Positions 11,501 to 21,900 of a stretch of 64,000 bases of DNA are shown here, in pieces. Position numbers and translations under genes: made by a program. Below the pieces are notes generated by a model. That model was not told the DNA's origin, searched no databases, and saw nothing but the letters and a program-made list of their open reading frames with translations. This DNA is from Asterias rubens (lineage: Eukaryota). Every line of letters begins with the position of its first letter. The first letter of the stretch is position 1. The DNA lies in contig NC_047076.1 of assembly GCF_902459465.1 (NCBI RefSeq), positions 4,092,001-4,156,000 on the forward strand, written 5' to 3'.

Positions 11501-14500
11501 CATAAATGACGGCACCGAAGCAATGTCCTTCAAATAACTGACATTTCACACACATTGTCATGCTTTGGAATGTGCAAAAATTTCCATTTCTGTGACTTTC
11601 AGCGTTTGTTTTTCCCCCTCAGCAATGAGTGTTCAAATTCAAACTATGGCTATCAAAGCATGTAAATAAACTCTTCATAATACGTCAAATATCAACTATA
11701 ATATCAAATATGCTGACAGTTTTTAATTAATACACATTTATGAAGGAAAACACTAATATCCATTACGTTTTCTTCCTATCTGTGGTTGCCCTAAACGACC
11801 AAGACAGAGCTACTCACCGGCATAGCTGTATCACTGGGAGAAGCAGAGACCAGCATTCTACCTCGAGGATCCCACGCTAGACTAGTAATCGGACCGTGAC
11901 CATTCTGACTCAATACTTGAGCACAACTTGCTGATGGTCTGAATAATCAGAAAACAAACATTGGTTAACAAGTTTATTGATTAAACTTAGTGAACTGTTC
12001 ATGTCTGTTGTGTTGTCATTTAGCTTTTGACAAAGACTCTTTGTTTGGCTTTTGTCGACCTAAAGGCAAAATTAAAAAGACAGTAAGCACTGAATTCTGC
12101 AGTAAGCTGAGCCACGCAGTTTGGCCCTGTATTCGACTTACCTTGTGGAAAGGGATTTAGGGTCTACATTCCATATCATGATGCATGTTTGACAAGCAAC
12201 AGCCAGAACAGATGCAGATAAAGGCTTCCATGCCAAGAACGCCACAACACGTTGAAAACGATGCTTCAATGTGGGAACAACTTCACTGAAAAAGAAATCA
12301 AACACGTGGATATGGGCATGTCATGTAAGTTTTGTTATTATTATTAATTAATAGATTGAACTATAATGTACGTCTAGGATTCAAACTGCCTCTAAAGGCC
12401 AGGTATATAATTTTTTTGAACATGTTGAAAGGGCAAGGGCAAGGCCACTTTCATTTTGCAAAGTGCATTTCTATTGAAAAACTTTTGAAGGGCACCAAGG
12501 CCAAGACCAGGGGCAACAGAGGCCATTGGCCTGCATGTAATTCCAGGCCTGCTCTAGCTTCCGGGCAATCTCGGTGGTCTAGTTGGTAAGACACTGCTCT
12601 AGAGTCGCAAAGGTCGTGGGGGTTGAATCCCACCCGAGTAATAATCAAACTCCGACATATACAACAGAAATTTATCTGGTAAGTCCGCAAAGTTCCAGTG
12701 ACTTGACTAAAAGGTGCAACAGCTCTAATGCATTTATTGCAATTAGTTACCTATTGGCTGTAAAAACTCTGACCACATCGTCCTTCCAGGCTACTGCACA
12801 TTTGTTGGTGTGTGGATGCCAGGCTAGTGCTCGTATAGCGGAGTCTTGCCAGTCACGTGTTGGACTGAACACTGACACCATAGCTTCACTGGATAACTAC
12901 AGACAATAGAAACAGCACATAGTTGACAATAACTACAGACAATAGAAACAGCACATAGTTGACAATAACTACAGACCATAGAAACAGCACATAGTTGACA
13001 ATAACTACAGACAATAGAAACAGCACATAGTTGACAATAACTACAGACCATAGAAACAGCACATAGTTGACAATAACTACAGACAATAGAAACAGCACAT
13101 AGTTGACAATAACTACAGACAATAGAAACAGCACATAGTTGACAATAACTACAGACAATAGAAACAGCACATAGTTGACAATAACTACAGACAATAGAAA
13201 CAGCACATAGTTGACAATAACTACAGACAATAGAAACAGCACATAGTTGACAATAACTACAGACAATAGAAACAGCACATAGTTGACAATAACTACAGAC
13301 AATAGAAACAGCACATAGTTGACAATAACTACAGACAATAGAAACAGCACATAGTTGACATTATAACACCCCTTGCAAGTATTCTGCCTGCTCATTGGTT
13401 TAGAGCGCGTCACATGACATGTCTTAGTTTTGCTAGACCACGGCTGTGTGATAGTTCGTCGGTTTGCCATGCGCTAGTCCGAAGACTAGCACATGGCGCC
13501 GTGCGCTAGTCCGACAGACTATCACACGGCGTGCAGTACCCAGACGTCCGTTGCGTGTACGAGGATGATAAATTAATAGTCTGTAACCATTTCGGACTGC
13601 ACTACACTACATTGAACACAGTAAGTAAAAGTGTTTGCAATCTGTATTCGCGTCGTCCGTGGATTGTAGCATTCAGGTCTGTAACTTAATAATAATAGTA
13701 CAGTATTTAGAAATGTTTGGGGTGTTATAAAACAAATATTGACTGCTTTTACTCGTGCAATGGTTAAAAACTATGACTCCCTCAGTGATCCCCGGAGTGT
13801 TCTATTTACCCTCGGCTTCGCCTCGGGAAAATAGAAAGCTCCGGGGATCACCTCGGGAGTCATAGTTTTAACCATAGCACTCGAAGCAGTCAATATTTGT
13901 ATAATAACTACAGACAATAGAAACAGCACATAGTTGACAATAACTACAGACAATAGAAACAGCACATAGTTGACAACAAACATGGTTATATTTCACATGA
14001 TCTTACTTTCTTTACAAGCTTTTTAGAAAGAAGTATGCTTGAAACCTCAGAAATTTTTAGAGGGACCCATGGAATGAAATATCATATCTGGGCCCAATTT
14101 CATAGAGCTGCTAAGCACCAACAAAATTGCTAAGCATGAAATTTCTTCCTTGATAAAAAACAGGATACCCACCAAATTTCCACGTGATTTTCAGGATTTA
14201 TAAGCAAACAACAGCTGATTACCAGTATCAAGCAATCTGTAACAAATGGAAATTTGGTCAGTAATCTTGTTTTTATCAAGGACGAAATTTCATGCTAAGC
14301 AAATTTTTGTGCTTACCAGCTCTATGAAATTAGGCCCTGATGGCTACCTAGGCAACTTATAGCCTACCAGAAATATTCTACTTACTACAAGATGAGGGTA
14401 GAGGGACCCATGTAGTGAATTAGCCCATCTGATGGCTGCTAGGCAACCACATGCAATTGATGAAACCATCCAAGATGCTGTAGGTAAAACATAAAAAAAA

Positions 14501-15954
14501 TGTAATCATTGGGCTTAGCCATACCCAACAGTTTAGTTATACAAACATACCATGTTAGTGCATAGAAGAAGACATTTGTCATCAATCCAATCAAAACCAA
14601 CATCCTATACATGTAGCTAAGAAAAGTACATGTGGGTTCGGATTGATGATACCCAAGTCTATTCCGTATGAACTATTTCAGCCCTAGGAGAGGGGGGGGC
14701 CATGGCCTCTAGAACAAAAAAAATTGTAGCCCACACCTAGAAGTGGCCTTTAGGCATTGTGTGTCTGGTGACTTGCATAAAAAATAATAATACAAAAAAT
14801 AAGCCAAGCACATTATTCAGCAAGTAGCAAGTAAAGTCTCATTTGTTGACCCTGAAACTACCTCGGCTTCTAACAATCAAACACAATCAGGTTTATTAGA
14901 ATTTACGATCAGAGTTGACAAGGAAATGACCCAAGTCTTCTCAAACTCTAGCACGATGCAATTATTTGCATGGGTTTTATTCAAAGAACCTTTTTGAAAT
15001 TCACTTTAGGCAGTTAGAAGCTAAAAACTTTGGAAAACAATGCTGAAATTAAAATTTAAAAAAATTATAATGCAGTACTTCAAGTTGATTGGATAAAAAT
15101 GGTTACCTTCCGTCTTGCTATTGGCTAACTCCTCCAGCATACCACACGTACCATGCTCCTTGCATGCATACCAAGCTTTCTTCCATATGGAGATATGTGC
15201 ATTGCATGGTAAGAAGGCCGACCGAGCATCCTCTTCTATAGCTAACGATGATAATGTCTCAACAGCAAGGGTGACTTTGGGATACACCAAACCCTAGCAA
15301 AGGAAAGTAACAATATGTGTGAAATGCAAACTTGTGCCTACGATGCCTCTGGTCATTGCTTTGGTGCCCCTTGAATGTTCCTATAAAAATGTACAAAAAT
15401 TATTCTCCTAGAAACAGGAAGCCGATGTAGTTGTCTGATAAAAATAATCATAAATAATTTTGTTTACTTATCACTTTACACTCCCGAAGAGCATCTCAAA
15501 GCGCTTCCAACATTATTACCCCTGGTTACTGGGCCATTTAATTAATTTCCTAAACCATCTCATTCTCAGCTCTCTGTAGAGTACACAGCCTGTGCAACAA
15601 ACTGCAATACTAAGCTACTCAATCACAAGAACCATCTCTGCCCTCATAGGTAACCATTTACCCTTGGGTGGAGAGAAGCAAAGTTTAAAAGTGTCCTGCT
15701 CAGGGACACAAGTGTCATGACCAGGACTCGAACCCAGCTCAACCAAAACACCAGAGTTGGTGTTCGGTGCTCTTATCCACTCGGCCATGATGATGACACC
15801 CTTAGTATTGAGTGTTGAAACACACCTGCATCCCTGGTGTATATTTACTCAAATCGGACTCCCCTGCAAGCGCTGTGTGTAGGTCACTGTTGAATTCACA
15901 CACCGTGACAAAACCTTCTCTTGGGGGTGGGGGACCATCAGCTAGAGTACACAT
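5590..15954 (-). CDS. AAAS: Aladin, WD40 nucleoporin, ~515 aa, 11 coding exons
   Basis: join(15954-15826, 15293-15107, 14477-14386, 12896-12751, 12285-12142, 11938-11818, 11414-11290, 9141-8908, 8542-8405, 7907-7823, 5736-5590). All introns GT-AG with consistent phases. Peptides [89 protein letters not shown] and [12 protein letters not shown] align with aladin. Confidence 0.95.
5825..6149 (-). mobile_element. tRNA-derived SINE with CORE-like centre and L2-like tail
   Basis: Minus-strand head GGTGTCGTGGCCGAGCGG (A box) with B-box-like motif, GTGTCCCTGAGCAAGACACTT centre and AAGCGCTTTGAG tail; copies at 15470-15800 (-) and 36337-36635 (+). Confidence 0.8.
6739..7111. mobile_element. MITE family B copy
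   Basis: TIRs and TTAA at both ends. Confidence 0.8.
7253..7806 (+). mobile_element. Asymmetric-IR / long-hairpin element (second subfamily)
   Basis: TTCATAAATACC .. GGTATTTATGAA, then a ~165-bp palindrome centred on CTCGACTTCGTCTCGG. Confidence 0.8.
7952..7995 (+). ncRNA. Minimal type I hammerhead ribozyme motif (Penelope-like), probably degenerate
   Basis: GTCTC-CTGACGA-C-GACAA/TTGTC stem II-GAAAC-GT-T-GAGAC. Helix III is replaced by palindromic ACGT; cleavage triplet is GUU. Confidence 0.55.
9511..10056 (-). mobile_element. Asymmetric-IR / long-hairpin element, inverted copy of 7253-7806
   Basis: Reverse complement closely matches 7253-7806 across both head and hairpin. Confidence 0.8.
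10185..10480 (-). mobile_element. SINE subfamily with the same head and core but a different 3' body
   Basis: Shares its head with 5825-6149; body matches headless copies at ~9205-9480 (+) and ~28405-28715 (-). Confidence 0.7.
10621..10870 (-). mobile_element. L2/CR1-clade LINE 3' fragment
   Basis: Minus frame [27 protein letters not shown] with a (TTA)n tail. Confidence 0.75.
11106..11370. repeat. ~115-bp tandem duplication of the 3' half of AAAS exon 7 plus donor flank
   Basis: AGACCATC..GTAAAGACAC recurs at 11106, 11221 and 11337. Confidence 0.9.
12894..13976. repeat. 36-bp minisatellite, 13+2 copies, split by a 543-bp insertion
   Basis: Unit TAACTACAGACAATAGAAACAGCACATAGTTGACAA; 13 copies at 12894-13360 and 2 at 13905-13976; no spacers. 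Confidence 0.97.
13361..13903. mobile_element. Non-autonomous element with asymmetric 12-bp IR and long terminal hairpin, no TSD
   Basis: TTATAACACCCC at the start and its reverse complement near 13720, followed by a ~170-bp palindrome centred on CTCGGCTTCGCCTCGG. Inserted inside a VNTR unit without duplication. Confidence 0.8.
14088..14339. mobile_element. MITE family C (TIR GGGCCCAATTTCATAGAGCTG)
   Basis: TIRs at both ends; other copies at ~313-517, 3130-3313, 29142-29342, 33459-33658 and 49682-49840. Confidence 0.8.
15470..15800 (-). mobile_element. SINE copy (same family as 5825-6149)
   Basis: Collinear with 5825-6149. Confidence 0.78.
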
Positions 15955-16824
15955 GACTGTTGTCTGTCAAAAGGAGAACACAAAAGACAAAAACATTAAT
16001 TCTGAATTTGCAGGTTCGAATCCCGCCATGGCAATTTTGTTTACTTAAAACAAGTAAATGAAAAAAGTAGATGCAAAAGGTACTCCAAATTCATTGCATG
16101 GGCACTGCACAGACTGTCTCACCCTGTCCACTACACTATACTTCACAGTAGACCCAGTAATGAGTAACTGGGCCGACGCTGTACTCTTTTTTTCTCAAAA
16201 TGTTGTCATTTTCGATAATAACATTTTGAAAAAAAAGGAGTACGACCGATAATGACAAAATTTTGAAAAAATTGAGTACAGCGCCCCAGTTAGTTACTGG
16301 GTTTAACTTCACAGGTCCGCGTCAACTGATAAACATACATAAACCCCTCGCTATATGACTGAGAGATCTTTAACTATACTTAAAGACGAGATCTGATTCT
16401 GAACGACAAAAATACTCATTAATTTACTTTAATACAACTTGTAATTTTTTGTATAATTTATAAATTTGTTTTTAGTTGGCTTTTATTTTTAGGAGTTTCG
16501 GAGGAAAATTCCAGGAGTATCAACTGCATCTTGAGTCTCGAGTCTTGAGTAGTGTGATCCCTTTGCAGCACAAATTTGGCTAAACTGGGATGGGTGCAGC
16601 GAGGCGTCACAGCCGTAAGGTGTGAGTGAAGAAAGAAAATAGACAAAGTGCAGACAAAAGTGGTAGATTGGAAGGGCCTCTTCATCAGGAGTATTTTAAA
16701 CTTTTGTATATGTAGAAGTAGAACAATTTGAATTTTCTTTTATCAACACAACAGACCAGAAAAATGCTAAACCCCAAACCCAAGAATGATTCAAAACTCC
16801 CCCTATTTTTGTTAACTTTTAACA

Positions 16825-17084
16825 AATACATTGTGAACAAATTATATGAATTGTCTTACATAAATATCTGAGATTTTGTCAATATTTGCTTGACACTAAA
16901 ATTTAAACTAAATGGTTGTAATTTGTAGCAACCACAGTCAACTGTGGTTGTAGTCTAGTGGTTGTGCATTTCAGAAAAGTTTTGTTTGCTGTTTTTTGTA
17001 AGGCCTGTTTTAGTGTCAAGCAAATATTGACAAAATCTCAGATATTTATGTAAGACAATTCATATAATTTGTTCACAATGTATT
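16825..17084. repeat. Foldback element: 77-bp perfect inverted repeat with 106-bp spacer
   Basis: 16825-16901 is the reverse complement of 17008-17084. Confidence 0.9.
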
Positions 17085-17675
17085 ACTAGGATACTAGGAC
17101 TCCTAGTTAACAACAACGATTACGAATAGCCACAACAGAACACCCATGCATGGCCACGGCCACGTCTGTGAAGTTTAGATTGATCGAAATCAATAGGGAT
17201 AATTTGTACTTAAAACAAACTTGCAAGGTATTGGAAGAAAAGTCATACCAATTTTCTCTTACCGGCAGCAAATACCACTTGATTTTGCGGCTTTTGACGT
17301 TGCGCTAAGTTTCAAGCAACACACATTTTTTAAAATGTTGTCAGGAAATTTTCAATAAGCGAACTAGTAAAAAAATAGTCTGGACCCCAATCTATAAACA
17401 AGTTACACCATAATTTAATCACATGTTAACTGTAAAGACTAGACTTTTGCAACAAAATAACCAACGGCTGTTTGACGAACTGGGACATTTAAACGGGGGC
17501 ACCCATGGAAACTCTTTACAACCGCCTTTACTTTGAACAGCCGTAGCTACACAATTTTTGCGTTGCGTTGACGGGACGGACGTGCTACATTCCCATCAAA
17601 AGTGAATGCGAACGTCAAGGACCTTCGCATGATACACTGTAAGTTGTCAATAGGGGGCGGTATATAAGATGAGTG

Positions 17676-17985
17676 GTATAGACCTTATCGCAAATACCAA
17701 TGCGCAAGCGCAGACTGTTGAATGAGGTGCATTGTGGGATAGATATGGATCAAATTTGGATACCAGCAAGACCACAATGCACCTAATTCCAAGCTTTACG
17801 CGCGCGCCCCGGTATTTGCGAAAAGGTCTATAGACCTTTTCGCAAATACTGGGGCGCGCGCGTTAAGCTTGGAATTAGGTGCATTGTGGTCTAGCTGGTA
17901 TCCAAATTTGATCCATATCTATCCCACAATGCACCTCATTCAACAGTCTGCGCTTGCGCATTGGTATTTGCGATAAGGTCTATAC
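17676..17985. repeat. 310-bp near-perfect palindrome: two head-to-head TAGACC MITEs
   Basis: 155-bp arms, no spacer, centre GGTCTATAGACC (17830/17831), 3 mismatches. Each arm has its own TIRs. Confidence 0.92.
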
Positions 17986-18995
17986 TCGCAGCACAGACAT
18001 AAAGAACCTACTCACGTCTGTGCTACACTCATAGAGCTATAATACAGACATAACTCTATGATGATACAGAACCTCTACATTATATAGCTCTATGGCTACA
18101 CTATTAAGATATTGATTCTGAGCTGCCAATGATGAATTTATTATCTTAAAAAAAACACCCAAAAACATACAAACAAACAAACAAACACCCCAACAAGCAC
18201 CTCAACATCCAACAAACACATTTCATACACTGTTTTTTACGCAAATATTTTTGTATACAATGATGCATAATGACATGCTGACCGTGAGACAGATCTCTAC
18301 ATCTCTACATAATATGAAGAACAGCAGTGCGCACATAATTTATGAGAGCAACGGGCGCCTACAATCAACAACAAAAACTATCGAGTCCCCTCTCGGCAGC
18401 AAACATTGTGGAGGAAAGTTTACAAGTTGAGTAAACAAACTGGAGGCAGACCTGTAACTATATTAATTTTTCTAATTAAAATAACCCATTAGTGTGCAGG
18501 TTGTCCCCTTGGCGAATTTTGAATGTTATTCAGGACAATCAGAAGTCCATCTTGGCAAAAAATCAGTTAGTGTCAGAGGGGTGACTACAAAACTCGAAAA
18601 CTAGAGTCCTTTTTGATGATCTTATTGGGCACAAAACACCCCTTTCCCGACACCACGCCCCGCCATTTTTTGCTAAAACTTTGATGATTGCTCACGGTAG
18701 GGCGCCCTCCTCTGATGACATTTTTAAAACGACAGAGCTTCCTATACCAGTCTTTCGCTATAAGCCCGTAGAGTTATGCACTAGCCCCGCCCGTGTGTCC
18801 TGTGTACGTGCATGCAGACCACACAAGCAGGAAATAAACACGCTACGTACCACCGGCGCGCGCGGGGCCGGACACGGAAAAAAACATACCTACCTTATTC
18901 TACTCCATCCAGCACCAACCAGCGTCAAACGATCCACGACTAACTTCATATTTACCGATTTTTTTAGTTCCATTGACCTGTTTTTGACAGAAAGA

Positions 18996-21900
18996 ATGGC
19001 TTATCCAGGCTACGGCGCTCCTCAGGCACATGCTCCTCCAGTGGCTGTAAGTATAAGACTCTGCAACACAGAGAAGATGTTTGTTTTGTTTTTATGTTTT
19101 TGGGTAGGCCTATATTTATAATACTAATAGATAGATAGGCTAGTAGTACTAGTATTAGGGACGTCGCCCGGTCACGTGACTGGCGAACAATTTGACGAAG
19201 TTTTAATTTGCGACGGTGTCATATTTCAGTTCCAAAAATTTTTTTTTACGAAATGGTGTAGAATAAAAGTATGTTAATAATGTAAAACTTTTGAGAAATT
19301 CGTTTTCTAGTACTTGACAAAATGTTAGAATAATTAGAAATTTACTTTCCGAGAAAAGAGAAGAAAAAATCCGTACTTTTCGTTAATTCGCACCCCGTCA
19401 GCGCGCAGTTCATTTCTTGTCCCTGAATTGCCATGCGTGATGAAGTTTTTCTTTGGGCTGTCGTACGGCCGTAAATACGTCCAAAAATATCGAAATACCC
19501 CTTAAAATGAAGCTTAGATGTTAGGCTTTTTAATTATGGCTAAGTCCACTTTGCCATAATTAATCTTAAACTATTGAAACAATGTTAAAATGTTTGTTGA
19601 AGGGGATTTTAACGATCGCGACTTAGCTCACCATCGCGACGCATACCAAACGAAAGACCGTGTTCTATTCTACAAAATGGTGGCCGTAGCTAAGTTGAGG
19701 AACGAGGCGGTTTTCAGCTACAGCGCCTTTTCCATGAGGGGTCGCTCAAGAATCTGTAGCTATTCGGTTGCAAGGTTGTGTACAGAGCTAGATGTCTAGT
19801 TTTGACCTCTCGTAAAGAGTCATTCATAAATCCCACTACAGCGCAGTGTACATGGTGACGTCATCGCGCCGAAACCAGACTTGCGCAATGAAGCTGCAAA
19901 ATGGCAGTTACTGCGCCGCGTGGGTCTTATATTTGTTTACACTCCATTATTCATTCGTGAAGAGCGGACGTGTATTGAGAATTGCAAGTGTTTATTGATC
20001 AAAGTGCAGAATATTTGCGGGAAATTTGAACTTTTTAGAGAGAACTTTTGTTTGTTGACAAAGAATATTCACATTATTTTCGTAAAAAAGAAATTGAACT
20101 TGTTTTTCGTCCGTCAAAATTGTTTTTTTTTCTTCGGATTTCGGTGATCCATATTCAGCAGTTTAAATTGCAAACTTTCTAATCTCCAATTTCACACATT
20201 TTATTCTGCAACTTAGCTTTGTTACTTGATTTTTGACTAAATATTATTAAGTTTTATTGTTATCTTTCAATTAAACATTTACTCTGTTATTTATTGGGGT
20301 TATGGGAATTTTGTTCTTGCTGTGCAATAACCTTGAAGGCATCTCACTTTTCTATTCCTTGTCCAAAAATGAAGGGGGTGAGATGTTTACTTTTTGAGAT
20401 ATGCACTTTTGAAAATGCGACATTATTTATTAGTTTTACACAGCAGGTGTCAAATTACGGGCAATTAGGCTCAATTTGCATATTTTGAAAAATAACAATA
20501 ATTAAGATAATGAGAATTATGTTTTTGTTGTTTAATAACCTTAAAGGCATCTTACTTTTCTAATCCTTGTCCAAAAATGAAGGTGATCAGATATTTACTT
20601 TTTGAGCTATGCGCTTTTGAAAACACGAGTTAATTCATTATATCTGGCAGGTGTCAAAATACAGATAATTAGCATGATTTGCATATTTTGAACAAGAAAA
20701 AAAATTATTTAGATAAGGGAATTTTGTTATTGTTGTTTAAAAACCTTAATGGCATCTCCCTTTTCTATCCCTTGTCCAAATATGAAGCTGGTTAGAGATT
20801 TCCTTTTAGAGATATGCACTTTTGAAAATGCAAGGTATATTCGCTGTTTGTTTATCTCAGCGGGGAGTCAGATTACACGGGTAATTAGGCCTAATTTGCA
20901 TATTTTCAAAAATAACAATAATTAAGTTCATGGGAATTTTTAGTTGTCATTAAGTAACCTCAAATGCATCCCACTTTTCTACCCCTAGTCCAAAAATGAA
21001 GGTGGCCAGTCAATTACTTTTTGAGATATGCTCTTCTGAGAACTGTTGTTTATTCATTGTTTATTTGTTTATACGAAAGATCAAGATATGCACTTTGAGT
21101 AATCCCTGGGGACTTTGAGTCCATTTTTGAGGTCTGTTAATTCAAAATCCACGCAATCAAATTGGTTTTTTTCTTCAGTTCTCATAACACTTTTTGCCTG
21201 GAACCAGAATATTTCAGTTTTGTGTAACTAAAAAGTCTAATTTGTTAATTAGGATTTTATTAAAATTGTTATTTGTTTGTTTGTTGTTTACTTTAGTTGC
21301 TAGGCAACGACCACGACTCTGAACTTGACACTAAATAACCACAACTCTGGAACCCCTTGACCGATTTTCTTCAAACAACCACCAAATAACTCCATTTACT
21401 GAATTCTTTCATACTAGCCACATTTCAAAGCTATAGAACAAACATTGAAATTCTGGTTGCCATCCCTACTAGTATACAAATATTGACTGCTTCGAGTGCT
21501 TTGGTTAAAACTATGACTCCCGAGGTGATCCCCGGAGCGTTGTATTTGGAAAAGTTTCCGTATGGCGCCACCACTTTTTCATTCGAAATAAAATAATATA
21601 GTATCTAATTTACCTGATTGATATATCCCTTTTTGTAAAAATGAGTGAAAAAGTGGTGGCGCCATACGGAAAGTTATCCAAAAAATATTAGTTCTTTTGA
21701 AGAGGCTTTGAGAAAAGTATCTTCACCTGTTTGACCAGTTCAGGATCAGTTGAAGGATAACATTCCGTATGGCGCCACCACTTTTTCACTATTTTTACAA
21801 AAAAGGATATCTCATTGAGGTAAATTAGATACTATATTATTTCATATCAAATGAAAAAGTGGTGGCGCCATACGGAAACTTTTCCCAGTTGAATCTATTC

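Noticed and set aside
12894-13360. CRISPR-like array (36-bp repeats)
   Set aside because: Repeats are directly adjacent with no spacers, there are no cas genes, and the context is a eukaryotic intron.
12886-13470. 194-aa ORF of [12 protein letters not shown] repeats
   Set aside because: By-product of a stop-free frame in the 36-bp VNTR; no independent coding evidence.
16458-16685. 75-aa ORF as AAAS exon 1
   Set aside because: The aladin-like N-terminus starts at 15954; this ORF has no similarity to it.
18681-19121. 146-aa ORF upstream of sorcin
   Set aside because: Only MAYPG..PVA (18996-19046) matches the family; the rest is promoter or intron readthrough.
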